NCBI RefSeq assembly: GCF_009914755.1
Contig: NC_060930.1
Direction: 5' to 3' (one strand)
Length of the DNA: 64,000 nucleotides
From: the human T2T-CHM13v2.0 reference genome, Homo sapiens
Under the pieces are notes generated by a model. It was not told the origin of the DNA. It saw only the letters and a list, made by a program, of their open reading frames with translations, and did no database searches. Shown in pieces: positions 25,831 to 40,339 of this stretch (positions are counted from its first letter, which is position 1; every line of letters begins with the position of its first letter). A program made the translations under genes and the position numbers.

Positions 25831-26374
25831 TAGGAATGGGGTAAGTAAAGATAACTGGTGCCTCAATTTGTAACATGTGCAATAAAATTAATCCATAAAA
25901 AGTGAAATAATAAAAATGTAACTTGCAGTCTATGATTTCTGAGTGCTCTGCAGTTCTAATAGAGGATGTTATGAAAATCAATAATAAAAGATAGGATTTG
26001 AGAATTTCTTCTTCTCTACATTTGAATTAATGAGTTGATTCCCAGCTAACAGGCCAAGTGATGGGAGAACATTTTAGATTCCTTCATATCCACATGTTTT
26101 CAAATTCCAAGGGAAAGATGGCAGAGGACTTCGAAACTAATGGATAGCCCTTAAATTTATGATTCATTTGTTGTGGATAACACTGAACCCTCATTGCTCG
26201 TTGAGAACTAAAGGTAAATCCATGGGGTATAGAATCATAAAGCCACTGGTATCAAATATTTTACTATAAGAAAAAAGAATGTAGATGGTAACAAGTGTTA
26301 ACTGATTGCTTAAATGATTTCTTTTTTATAATTGACCTTACCCCATTAAATATGATCTTTATCACTAGAATGTA

Positions 26375-26556
26375 AAACTGTGTTGTCCAATACTAGTTTT
26401 CAGCACACACATACTTAAATTTAATTAAAAGTAAATTGAATGCAAAATTCAGTTATTTAGTCAGACTAGCCATTTCAAATGCTAAATAGACAAAGAACTA
26501 CACAGCACACAGCAGAATATACCCATCATAACAGAAAGTTGTATTAGACAGCATTG
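26375..26556. mobile_element. MER3/MER33-like hAT-Charlie relic
   Basis: ctgtgttgtccaata...aaaattcagtt...actagccatttcaaatgct...acagaaagttgtattagacagcattg. Confidence 0.65.
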
Positions 26557-27213
26557 ATTAAGACCATTGCTCTTCAAACTTTATTTTTTTCTTATTGCCC
26601 CTGTACATAGCTTTTTAAATATTTTTTTTCTAATCACTCTTCATCATCAAATTTTACAGCCAAAGATACATGTTTTATGTACCTGTGTCTAATACATAAA
26701 AATAGTAAGATCCCAGAAACCTTTTGAGAATGCATGATGTAGACCTATAGAAAGAGAAAAGAATCAGTCCATAGATAAACACTATGAAAGGCAGAACAAC
26801 ACTTAATCATGTGTTCATGTTCAAAACATCTATGAACCACTTATTAAATTTTACCTTCCTAAATATGCAAATAAATGTAATTACAATAAATGTTAAGGTA
26901 AATTTAAGAAAATATTTAACTCTATTACTGTATTATTTTATTAATATGCAAGTGAAATTACCATGAAATATTTTTCATGCCAAATATAAAATAAGAAGAT
27001 TAGATCTGTGTTATTTATATTTCTACCATCTTCTTGTGAATATCTCAGGTGCCAGGAAATGTAGTTGATGCTGGGAAGGCTAAAGGAGATAGAATAGTTC
27101 TTGGTCAACAAATTTTAAAAGGCTGATGTAAAGATAATGTAAGTATCTAAATTTCCCAATCCGAAATCCAGAACATTGTCTACTAAATTATATTGCTTTG
27201 ATACATCAACAGG

Positions 27214-27420
27214 AAGTGATATGCTGGGTCCAGTTAACACTCACTCTCAATGGCCAACTGTAAAATGTTCAAAGGTTTTGGGAGACAATTGGCACTATCA
27301 CATTGGTAGTTTAATATCAGCTATAGTCAAAATATGTGCACCTTGGACATGAGAAAGAAAACTGTGAATCAGGGATTTTAGTTTGCTGTCAGATAAATGA
27401 TTGCTAATCATTCGCCAACA
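27214..27420 (+). mobile_element. MER63-like DNA transposon relic
   Basis: agtgatatgctgg...tggtagtttaatatcagc resembles the MER63 start. Confidence 0.4.
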
Positions 27421-27910
27421 CATCACTGTCAAACACCTTTTACAAAAGAACAAGATTAACTTCTCATACCCAATTATCCTAATTCCACAGTCCTTTATTA
27501 AAACCATGGAAATCAAGCAAGTGATGGAAATGTCAATAAGCCCAATTTCTTCATAAATTCCAGGATTAGATGGCTTTGTCTACTAGAAAACCTGCTGAAA
27601 ACTCACCTTAAGTGAGATTTTAATGATGTTTGGCACCAAATATCATCAGTGTTTGCACTATCTGTTACTCTCTATCAGTAAAACTAACATACAGGGCATT
27701 AATGCTAATAGTGTTGGTTTTACAATTAACAGTGAACTACACGAAGATAAATTTGTCAGGAGCGCAGAATTTACATAAGGTCTGGAACAACTTTTCCTGG
27801 TCTGGGCCAGCAAAGTGACAGAAAAACAAAAGAGATTGATCTGGTATGCCATTATTTTCTTTTTTCTGCTAAACCAAATTTCCAATAAGGTTACTGCTGA
27901 TAATACTGGT

Positions 27911-29758
27911 TGATATGGTTTGTCTGTGAGTCCCCACCCGAATCTCATCTTGAATTGTACTCCCATAATTCCGTGTTGTGGGAGGTACCAGTAGAGTGGG
28001 GCACTGCTGAAAAGATACCCAAAATTGTGGAAGCGACTTTGGAACTGACTTTCAGGCAGAGGTTGGAACAATTTGGAGAGCTCAGGAGAAGACAGAAAAA
28101 TGTGGGAAAGTTTGGAATCTTCTAGAGACTTGTTGAATGGCTTTGACAAAAATGGTGATAGCAATATGAATGCTAAGGTCCAGGCTGAGGTGGTCTCGGA
28201 TGGAGATGAGGAACTTGTTGGCAACTGGAGCAAAGGTGACTCTTGCTACATTTTAGCAAAGAGACTGGTGGTACTTTGGACCTGCCCTAGAGATTTGTGG
28301 AACTTTGAACTTGAGACAGATGATTAAGAGTATCTGATGGAAGAAAATTCTAAGCAGCAAAGCGTTCAAGCAGTGACTTGGGTGCTGTTAAAAGCACTCT
28401 GTTTTAAAAGGGAAACAGTGCATAAAAGTTCAGGAAATTTGCAGCCTGATGATGCAGAGAGAAAACCCTATTTTTTGAGGAGAAATTCAAGCTGGCTGCA
28501 AAAAATTTGCATAAGTAACAAGGAGCAGAATGTTAGTCCCCAAGACAATGGGGAAATTGTCTCCAGGGCATGTCATAGGTCTCATGGCCACCCCTCTCAT
28601 CACAGACCCAGAATGCTAGAAGGAAAAAATGGTTTCATGGGCTGGGCCCAGGGTCTCCATGCTGTGTGAAGCCTAGGGACTTGGTGCCCTCTGTTCCATC
28701 TGGTCCAGCAGATGTATGGAAATGCCTGGATGCCCAGGGAAAAGCTTGTTGCAGTGACAGCGCCCTCAGAGAGAACCTCTGCTAGGGCATTGTGGGAGGG
28801 AAATGTGGGGTTGGACCCCCCACACAGAACCCATACTGTGGCACCACCTAGTAGAGCTGTGAGAAGAGGGCCACTGTCCTCCAGACCCCAGAATGGTAGA
28901 TCCACTGACAGCTTGCACAGTAGACCTGGAAAAGCCTCAGACACTCAATGCCAGCCTGTGAAAGCAGCCCGGAGGTGGGCTATACCCCGAAAAGCCACAG
29001 GGGCAGAACTGCCCAAGACTAAGGGAACCTATCTCTTGCATCCACATGACCTGGATGTGAGACATGGAGTCAAAGGAGATTATTTTGTAGCTTTAGAATT
29101 TTACTGCCCCGCTGGATTTTGGACTTGCATGGTCCATATAACTCCTTTGCTTTGGCCAATTTCTCCCATTTGGAATAGCTGTCTTTACCCAATGCCTGTA
29201 ACCTCATTGTATCTAGGAAGTAACTAGCTTCCTTTTGATTTTACAGACTCATAGGCAGAAGGGACTTGCCTTGTTTCAGATGAGACTTTGGACTGTGGAC
29301 TTCCGGGTTAATGCTGAAATGAGTTAAGACTTTGGGAGACTGTTGGGAAGGCATGATTGATTTTGAAATGTGAGGACATGAGATTTGGAGGGGCCCAGGG
29401 TGGAATGATATGGTTTGGCTATGTGTCCCCACCCAAATCTCATCTTGAATTGAATTCCCATAATTCCACGTGTTGTGGGAGGGACCCGGTGGGAGATAAT
29501 TGAATCATGGGGATGGTTTCTGCCATACTATTCTTGTGGTAGTGAATACATCTCACAAGATTTGATGGTTTTCTCAGGGGTTTCTGCTTTTTCATCTTTC
29601 TCATTTTCTCTTGCTGCTGCCATGTAAGAGGTGCCTTTCACCTCCCACCATGATTCTGAGGCCTTCCCAACCATGTGGAACTGTAAGTCCAATTAAACCT
29701 CTCTTTCTTCCAAGTCGCTGGTATGTCTTTATCAGCAGCATGAAAATGGACTAATACA
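27911..29758 (+). mobile_element. THE1A-like MaLR provirus: 5' LTR stub, internal region and full 3' LTR (29406-29758)
   Basis: tgatatggttt at 27911 and 29406; THE1-int sequence; ends ggactaataca; perfect 5-bp TSD CTGGT (27906-27910 and 29759-29763). Confidence 0.93.
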
Positions 29759-30585
29759 CTGGTATTACTTCATCTCTCCATATTAAGTGAGTATTTTAGA
29801 TTAGTATAAAGCAATTTTGTGTATATCGTCGTTCTTAAATTTCTTTTTTTCTCAAAATAGCCTTTCTCACCCAGCACTATGATAAATGAGTGATACTAAA
29901 ACCATGTAATTTAGAGTTTTTATGCTGTTGGGTTTTTTTTTTTTTTTGAGTAGAAGCATAGTTTCAGTGCTTGATACTCAATAATGAATTCTTTCTCAAA
30001 ATATTTTCCAAATATACCAATCATGAGATATTGCTTCCAGAAACATTTTTCTGGTAATATTATATTTTAAAGATTTTCTGAGCAAGTAAATCTGTCTCTT
30101 ATCCATGGGTAACATCTTTCTTCAATATTTAAATTTTTGTAGACCCTTCTTTCACCTACTAGTTCTAAGTGAATTATAAGGTTTCTTGGTTTTCTCCTGA
30201 TGATACCAAGCTTTTTGAAACCCTCTTTAGGGGAAGCTGATACTTATTTCATTTGGACAAACTCAAATTAATAGTGGAAATGGATGAGTAGAGTTCCTGT
30301 TCCAACTTTGGACTTTTATACTAACAAAATCATTTAACATTATTTTCACTTTGGAAATTAATGCATTCAAATATATTTCCTTCTCTCAACTTTATTTCAT
30401 GGTAATTTCAAAAACCATTATTTTGCTGTGATGTTCAGATCAAAGTTTCAGCCTCATCCACCTCAATTAATTTTTAGATGACTGATATTATAGCCATCTA
30501 CTCATTAGCTATTAGACACAGACACATACCCTATGCAACTCAGCATTGTAAATTGTTCTTTATAAAACACCTAATCAAATAAATT

Positions 30586-30885
30586 TTAGTGTGGTGGCTC
30601 ACACCTATAATCCCAGCACTTTGGGAGGCAGAGGCAGGAGGATTGCCTGAGCCCATGAGTTGGAGACCAGCCTGGGCAATATAGTAAGACCTGGTCCCTA
30701 TAAAACAAATTTAAAAATTAGACGATTATGGTGGTATGCACCTGTGGTTCCAGCTACTCAGGAAGCTGAGGTGTGAGGATCATTTGAGCCTGGGAGGCAA
30801 AGGTTGTAATGAGCCAACATAGTGCCACTACACTCCTGCCTGGGTGACAGAGAAAGTGCTTATCTAAAAAAAAAATTAAAAATAA
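30586..30885 (+). mobile_element. AluJ
   Basis: Dimeric Alu with J diagnostics (gaggattgcctgagccc, cctgggcaatatag), high divergence and an A tail. Confidence 0.9.
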
Positions 30886-32439
30886 AATTTAAAATATATA
30901 ATTAGAATCCATTCTTGGCTCTTCCCCTTTGTGTATCCTAAACATACTAAGTTTCCTTGATTCTAATATACACATCTTGGTCTTAGAATCTTTATTCATC
31001 TTCCATGGTGCATAAAATAATGGTGAATCCTATCATTGATAGCACATTAGATTTGTTGAAATATAATTGATTTTATTCAAGTTTCTTCCAACAAAAAATA
31101 ATCTCTCTCTCTCTCTCTCTCTGTCATTTTAGCCTACTCCTAGGCCTTTTCTCTCTCCCTGTTTTGCTCCCAACTTCGGGAATTTCTTGACTCCACATCC
31201 TGTCTATACAGGTAACTCACGAAAATTCATTTGAAGTCATTTCTTTCTTCTAAGCGTCAGATCCTCTTTTTGATGACTTACTTGAAATCCCATATGATTT
31301 TATTACTTTTAAGTTTAAAATTAAGTTTTTCTCCATCATTCCTTCTAACAAACATCTCATTCTCCTGACTCAAAAAGTAAAATTCTCTCTTCCTTTTCTA
31401 AACTTTCCTCCCTATGTAAATTACCCAGGCTCAAAATTGTAGAGGTAAATTCAATTTCTAATACTTTTATAAGTCTGCTGCTTTAGCTAACTTTTTTCCT
31501 TTCTGTTTTCACTGGCATAGGTCCAGACCAGGCCTTCATTTTTATTTAAAATCATCTAAGAAACTCTTCTTTTGTTTTCTTCAACTTAACATATGTTTCC
31601 AAATTTTTCAAATCAATCATCTTATAGAGGCAGTTCCTGTAAATCGATTTCCTTGCTCAGAGACTTTCAATAACTCTCTGTTTATCCAAAGTAAAGTAGA
31701 ATCCACATTTCTTATTTCTGATTAATACTGGAAAAGTAAGTCAAAACTTGTCCTACCAATAATGGGCTTTGTGGAAGGAAAACATAAAACAAAATAATTA
31801 TGTCAAGCCTTTCATTAAAACATTGCAATGTGAAAGAACAGCTTTAAAATGTGTGTTCTGCAGGGAGAATACAGATTGGTGAAGGTCAATCATAGTTCAG
31901 GTTATTCCTAGAATTGAATACTGTTCACGTTCTCAAGACTAATGGGAAACTGAGGCTCTATTAGTTACATAATAGAAATAAGAGGCAGCCAGATTGAGGT
32001 TGCACATTAGTAGCTTTTGGTTAGATAATTTGAGTTTGGAAAGAGGGGTGGAGAAAAACAAATGGGATCTAAATTATCTCAAGTATAAGAAGAAAAAATT
32101 TAGTTTTATTGGAGCTGTGATAGTTTGAAATCATAGTTGATATAGAATAGACAATATAATATTATTCTCAAAAGACATACAAAGCCATTTCTTAGCTTTA
32201 CTTTCAGCTATCTGTTATATATTCTCAAAGCAATTGTTAATTAACATTTCAGTGAGAATAATTTTCCCAATATAAAATCTCATTGATTTTAATATTAAGG
32301 TAAATACATTATATTAAGAATTGCTTGATGTGGTAATGCAGTGAATTTAGGGGAAGTATTTCATTATCTATATGCAACTATTATGAAATAAATTATTGTT
32401 TTTTATTAGTTTACTCAAAAAGTAAAATAAGGCCACATA

Positions 32440-32916
32440 ATTAATCATTGCATGTGTTCACTTGACTGGACCTCAGGGTGTTTAAATACCTGGTTAACAA
32501 CTATTTCTGGGTGTGTATGTGAAGGTGTTTCCAGGTGAGACTATCATTCAAATCTGTAAACTGAGTAAAGCATATTATCCTCCCCAGTGTGAATGAATGC
32601 CCATCATCCAATATATTGAAAGCCTGAACAGAACAAAAAGGCAAAGTGAATTCTACCTGCCTGTCTGAAAGCTGGAACATTCATTTTCTCCTGCCTTGAG
32701 ACTTGGACTTGGATTGCAACTTATGCCACTGGCTGTTCTGGTCTAGGCTTCTCATCCTCTGTAATTGCAGGAGATAATTCCTTGCAATACAAAATTCCCC
32801 TCTCTCTCTTCTCTCTCCTGCCATTCTCTCCATCTCTGTGTGTATGTATATGTATATGATGTGTGTGTGTGTGTGTGTATCCTATTGGTTCTATTTCTCT
32901 GAAGAACGCTAATACA
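32440..32916 (+). mobile_element. MLT2D-like ERV-L LTR with an internal (TG)n
   Basis: cttgactgga...tttctgggtgtgtatgtgaaggtgtttcc...ctgagtaaagca...cctattggttctatttctctgaagaacgctaataca. Confidence 0.8.
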
Positions 32917-35059
32917 GATTAAATGTTAATGCCAATCAAAAATGATTTACAAAAATCCTAGTGAATATAGTTACTACACTTAAATGACTATAATGGTAAG
33001 CAAATATTCTCTTAAGTAGTTAATAATAATTATTTTATATCTCATATCCTCATCTTTAATTATCTTTTCAGCAGCACAGTTTAGAAAAGTCTGAGTAATC
33101 TATGAATTCTTACATGCTATATCCAATTTTCCTAAAATAATGTCTTGTAAGTCCATCTCCGTTTCCCTGGCAACTGCCTGAGCTCACCATTTCACTACAA
33201 CCTAACAGTGTTTTTAAAAGACTCATCATGTCAGCAATATCCTTTTTGGATTTACACTAACCCCTACCATGTCTATTTATTTTCTAAAACAAACAAACAA
33301 AAAAACCATACTTTTTTTGCCAAAGAAATTCCAGTTATTTTCCCTTTTCCCAGGGGAAAAATGAATCTTCATCACAGACAAGACCCTTTGATTCTTGTTT
33401 ACCTTCTTACCCTCACTGTGAACAATTTGTAGAGTGGAACCCTAATTACATCTATCAATGCTGATTGGAAATGCCACACTTGAAATATTTTGGGCGCTTC
33501 CTTCCTACCTTCTCCAATTGTGACAATGTATTTTCCTTTGAATCTGAATATGTATGCCATTCTGTTTTTGCATATTTTCCTAATACAGTAGTATAGATAG
33601 TTTATTTGTCTATAAATATGTTCTTATAGCTACCACATTGGGTCGAATTATTTATGTATAAGATTCTGAGCTCATTACAACCCTCTGTCTACTGCCCCAG
33701 TTCCTGAACAAATGCTGATCTCTTTCTCTTTAATACATGTGGAGAAAATGATTTTGATTACGACAGCTTTCAATAGATAATTGAGTGATTGGCTCATGTA
33801 ACTTTTCCTCTTTCCTTCACATTTTTTCTTTTATTTTTTCAGTCTTTAAGAATAATATTATGTTTTTTTATAATTTCTAATAACAAGATTATGCTTTGAT
33901 CACTTAAAAATCAAATGTTTATATATATTTCAATAGTTCCTCTTGAATTGCAGAATAGGTAAACAGCAATCATGCAGAAATTTGAAAAAATGCATATGAG
34001 TTAAGACTGCTTTTATAGTAAAGCTAGTGAAAAGCAAGAGGTACTTCTGGGGAAGTTTTCAGTTAACTGCATTGCTAGGAGATTGAAGAGAGAGACTGAT
34101 AACGAATGCGTGATGTTTTCAAACAATCAACTCACACAGGAGACAAAATTATGACATATAGTTTGTTTCCAATGAGAATGGGAGGGGCAGTATAGCAGAT
34201 CAGGTGGATGAGCTGAAGGATAAATGTCTTAGTTGTACTGAACAAGCGAATGCAGCTGGTGTAAATAGCGTGGTCTGAGTAATAGTACACAGAACAAGTA
34301 TAGGAGAGAATGATAAATTTAGAGATTGCCACCATGGATCAGAATATGAGTCCATCTAATGTTAAATTCTTCCTATGGCAATAACTAATATTTAGTGTTC
34401 CAAAGGAAGATGAAAACTCACAGACTGTGCCTAGGCAATTTATTCAATGTTATTTATCAGATGAGAAATTTCTGTTATCAGTCCCATATAAAATCTTTGA
34501 ACAACTTGAATTATGCAGTTTGAATACCCTAATATTTTTATGCTGGCAGAACTGCAAATCATATTGATGAGCATAAAGGTAGTGAAGCTTTTAAAATAAT
34601 CCCTAAATAATCCCTCCACACTATTCTATTTTCATTTACCATCAAAAAACAATGGTTATTCACATCTAGTGCAATATATATACAATTTGAATGCATTTTG
34701 ACATCAAGCTTGGGTCACAATACATTTAAAAACATGTTAAAGAGAAAATGTATTAGCATTCATGTAGCCAATACAATACTAGCCTGCTTTACAGAATGTT
34801 CATGTTTACTGACTTTATATTTTTATATTTATAATTTAATTAATATAATTTTTAAAATCTCTGAGATTCTTAGAAATATCCAGTTGGTTATATAAGACAA
34901 TTCTACTAAAATAAATAAAAGTAGGTTTTATTAGAATTATAGTCAGAGGTAATGGAGTGAAAAAAATATTTGAAACTAGAAATGTCTTGGGCTTTAGTCT
35001 TTCTGTTGTCACATTTTAGATCAAAAATATTTGGGGAGTCACTTATCCTTCAGCAGATT

Positions 35060-35621
35060 TCTATTTCTGCATATTTAAGCAGACTTAGCAGCTTAAACAC
35101 CATCAGTTTATTAGCTCACAGTTTTATATATTAGAAATATAAGTGGGCTTGACTCTTTTTCTCCTTAGGGTCTTACCAGACTAAAATTAGTTGTTGGCCA
35201 GACAGATCTTTTCTGGAGGCTCTGGGGAGGAATTTTTTATAAGCTCATTCAAGTTGTGCTTAGAATCCAGTTCCTTACAGGTAGATTGAACATGCACATT
35301 TCCTTGTTGAGTGTTAATCACAGGCCACCCTTTGTTGCTAGAGGCAACCTGTGTACCTTCTCATGTAGTGCCCCCCATCTTTAATATCACCAAAGAAAGA
35401 CTTCCCCTTATGTTCACCAGCTGGACAAAATGTTCTACTAAAAAAAAAAAGGTGTGTGATTAGATTAGGCCCAGCCATAGGAGCCCCTTTTTATATAATA
35501 ATTTAATATAATCATGGGAGTTATATCTCATCATATTAGTAGGTTTCACTCACACTCACAGGGAGAAGATTACAGGAAGGCAGTATTTATGGAAGTCATT
35601 CCTACAATTTTGCTTATTACA
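35060..35621 (-). mobile_element. MLT1D/E-like MaLR LTR
   Basis: tttattagctcacagtt...tctggaggctctggggagga...agaatccagttcctt...tgattagattaggccca...tttgcttattaca. Confidence 0.75.
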
Positions 35622-37127
35622 GGAGCCGATATTTTATCTGAAAAAATTGAGATTAATTATATCTTCCATGAACAATTGTTGGTAGTAGTAGAAGAGCTAA
35701 TGTTTAGACTCACTTGCCACATCATAAACAGCGAAATTACTAATTGTTCTGATAAACATTTGACCCTCATGGATGCATATTTTATTTATAAACAAGAATG
35801 TATGTTAGAACATTCTTTCTATATTAACTATAAATCTATCTCCTTATAATTTCCCCCAGCCTTTGAAGTCAAACAGATAATATGTAATCTCTCATCCATG
35901 TTTATTCACTCTGTGGCATTGGTCCAGCATTTGTAGAAACTCCATTTCATGTAAGGCACTCAGTGCTGGGGATCAGTGAACAAAAATACATGACCCCCAT
36001 AATCTCAGAGGGTCCTCCCTGAAGAAGTAACTTGAAATGAGATATGGTAGAAGTTAATTAGGTGAATAGGGAAAGAATGAGCCTTTCAGAAATAAGCATA
36101 GGCATATTAGAAAGGGAAATAAGACAGCAGGAGGAATTAAACAGCTAGAAGACTGAAAATTATTCAAAAAGTGTTACAGTATTAGATAGAAAAGGTAGGC
36201 AGAACTTGTTACAGGTAGCTGAGAGGGAGAAAGACAGTAATTGAAAGCCACTAAAGTTTTTTAAAAGTTTTTTAAGCATGAAGGTAACATAATAGACATT
36301 AATTGTGAGAATAAAATTATTCTATTTACTATGCAGATGAAGGTAAATTAGTTCAAAAGTAATTAAGAAGACCGATCAGATAGAATATTAGACTAGTTTT
36401 GTGGTAATAGAGATAGACATGATTTATTTTGAGATAGCTAGATGACAACCAACATAATTTTATTGTAAATTTAATATAGTAGGGAAGATGCAAGGGATAT
36501 TAGGAATTTCTTCAAGATTCCTAGTTGGCATATGTTGATAATTTGTGTATCATTAACTGTTTTAAGTTCAAAGCCCAGCAGTTTAAACTTGTGTACATTG
36601 TGGTGGTTTGGCAGTATTTAAAATGAGATATCAATTAGCATATTTAACAAGGTCTGGCATTTAGAGTGGAGCAGAAACTTGAGAAAATAACATGGAAGCG
36701 ACTGCACATGGATGAAATGGAGCTGCCACCATGCATGGAGAAGGTGGAGAACCTGATTCAGAAGTCACCAAAGAGGGTTCAGAGTTCTGAACATCAAGCC
36801 AGAAAGAATTATTCCTATGACTTGAGGCAATAGAGTTTTCCTTGATGACATCTGGACTTGTTGAAGGCCAGTGGCTCCTTTGTTTCATGATTTTTTTTAA
36901 AAAAATAAGGACATCCATGCCTATCCCACCATAAAATGTCAGAAGCAAATAATTTATGTTCTAGAGTCAAAGATTCACATATGGAGAGAAATTTTGCCCA
37001 AGATGAAATACTCAGAGCTTCATTCATACCTGATTTAGATGACTTAGGTAATACTTGGGACTTATTGATTTGATGTTATTTAGATTAAATTGTAGACTTA
37101 GAGTTGGTGCTAAAATGGATTAAACTT

Positions 37128-37561
37128 CAGCCTAAATGTCCATGAATAATAAACTGGATAAAGGATACACCATGGAATACTATGCAGCCATAAAAAAGAA
37201 TGAGATCATGTCCTTTTCTGGGACATGGATAGAAGTGGAGGTCATTAACTTTAGAAAAGTAACACAGAAACAGAAACCAAATATTGCATGTTCTTACTTG
37301 TAAGTGGGAGCTAAATGATGAGAACACATGGACACATACAGGGGAACAATACACAGTGTGGCTTTTCAGAGGGTGAAAGGTGGGAGAAGGGACAGGATCA
37401 GGAAAAATAACTAATGACTACTAGGCTTAATACCTGGGTGGTCTGTACAAGAAACCCCCATGACATAATGGTGATCTGTACAAGAAACCCCCATGAATAA
37501 GTTTACAGGTGTAACAAACCTGCAAATTTACCCCCGAACATAAAATGAAAGTTTAAAAAAA
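37128..37561 (+). mobile_element. L1PA (about PA11-PA15) 3' end, 5'-truncated
   Basis: catggaatactatgcagccataaaaaagaatgagatcatg...ggatcaggaaaaataactaatg...poly A. Confidence 0.88.
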
Positions 37562-37714
37562 GATTTGAGGATTGTTGGGATAAAGTACATTTATATTGCT
37601 TGTGGAAAGATCATGATTTTGGGGTAGCCACAATGTAGACAGTAGTGGGTTGAATAGTGTCCTCCAAAATCTGTCCATCAAGAGCCTGTGATTGTTCATT
37701 TCACAGTTTTATGC

Positions 37715-38128
37715 TGTGATGGTTAGTACTGAGTGTCAACTTGATTGGATTGAAGGATGCAAAGTATTGATTCTGGGTCTGTCTGTGAGGGTGTTGGCAA
37801 AGGAGATTAACATTTGGGTCAGTGTTCTGGGAAAAGCAGACCCACCCTTAATCTGGGTGGGGACCATGTAATCAGCTGCCAGCATGGCCAGGATACAAAG
37901 CAGGCAGAAAAATGTAAAAAGGCTTGACTGTCTTAGCCTCCCAGCCTACATCTTTCTCACATGCTGGATGTTTCCTGCCCTCAAACATCAGACTCCAGGT
38001 TCTTCAGCTTTGGGACTCAGACTGACTTCCTTGCTCCTCAGCTTGCAGACAGCCTATTGTGGGACATTGTGATCTTGTGAGTTGATACTACTTAATAAAC
38101 TCCCCTTTACATATATATGACTAATACA
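37715..38128 (+). mobile_element. MLT2A1-like HERV-L solo LTR
   Basis: tgtgatggttagtactgagtgtcaacttgattggattgaaggatgcaaagtattg...cttaataaactcccc...gactaataca. Confidence 0.88.
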
Positions 38129-39226
38129 CATCTACCATAAACCCATGAATGTAAACTTATTTGAAAACTGAATGTTTGTAGATGTAATAAAGTTAAGATG
38201 AGGTTATACTGAAATAAGATCGCTCATAAGTCCATTGACTGATGTCTTTATAAGATTGGGTGAAGACATGGAGACATAGTTACAGGGAGAAATGGCATGT
38301 GCACATGGGAGCAACAATTAAAGTAACATGTGAAAACCAAGGAACACCAAGGTTTGCTGGCACCCACCAGAAGCAAGGAGAGAGTCATGGAACAGAGTCT
38401 TCTCTAGACCCTTCAGAGGGAGCATGGTCCTTCTGAAACCTTGTTTTTACACTTGTACCTACCAGAACTGTAAGAAAACACATTTCCATTGTTTTAAATC
38501 ACCCAGTTTCTGGTACGTGGTTACAACAGCCTTAGGACACTAACCCAGAAAATATAGGAAAAGATAAGGCAGACCTACAGTGATAAATGAGAATATTTTT
38601 GTTTCTTTCTTGCCTTTTGTTCACACTATGAAATTAGAGAGACCCAAGGTATTGTATGATAAATGTGTAGAGTTCAGTTGATTAAATATAGATATCTCTC
38701 CTAAAGATCCTTTCATATAAATAACAACATATTATAAGTTTTAAAACTTACATAGAAATAAAACTTATGACAATTATAGAACAAAAATGGGAGAGAAGAA
38801 AGAGAAGTATACTCTTGTAAAGTCCTTATCTTATGTGACATGGTATACTAATGACAGTACACTGTGTAACTGTCATTTATTTGACATAAATATCAAATAT
38901 TTGTAGTATGTTAAACAAAAGGGAAGGTGGAAAGTCTATGTGCCATTAGATAATTTTGTGTCCAGGGCTTTCTTTTTCCATGCAGAATACCAGGTTTCCA
39001 AACTTCACAGCCGACTATGAGAAGCTTCTGTTATACTTTTTTTGTTCAAATTTGCCTCAACCAATTGAGATTATTTTGCAAGTACAAACTTTAATAATTA
39101 CTACCAGGATTAATTTGGGTCTTTTGAAAAGGGAGGACAATTAAGCAAGAAAAATGCTAAGGGTTCAAACTTATCTCAGTGGAGAAGTAAAGCAGCTTGG
39201 TATTGGTAACGCTGTTGTTAATATAA

Positions 39227-40330
<1,104 letters not shown>

Positions 40331-40339
40331 TTGTATTTC

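Larger units (their letters stand above)
36730..38547 (+). mobile_element. MLT1 internal 3' part plus MLT1C-like LTR, interrupted by an L1PA and by MLT2A1
   Basis: MLT1-int motifs (ggagagaaattttgcccaagatga, cctgatttagatga). The LTR starts near 37641 (agtagtgggttgaatagtgt), resumes after 38128 and ends cagccttaggacactaaccca. Confidence 0.75.

Noticed and set aside
27658-29432. ORFs up to 191 aa
   Set aside because: Fragments of THE1 internal/LTR sequence with frameshifts, not a host gene.
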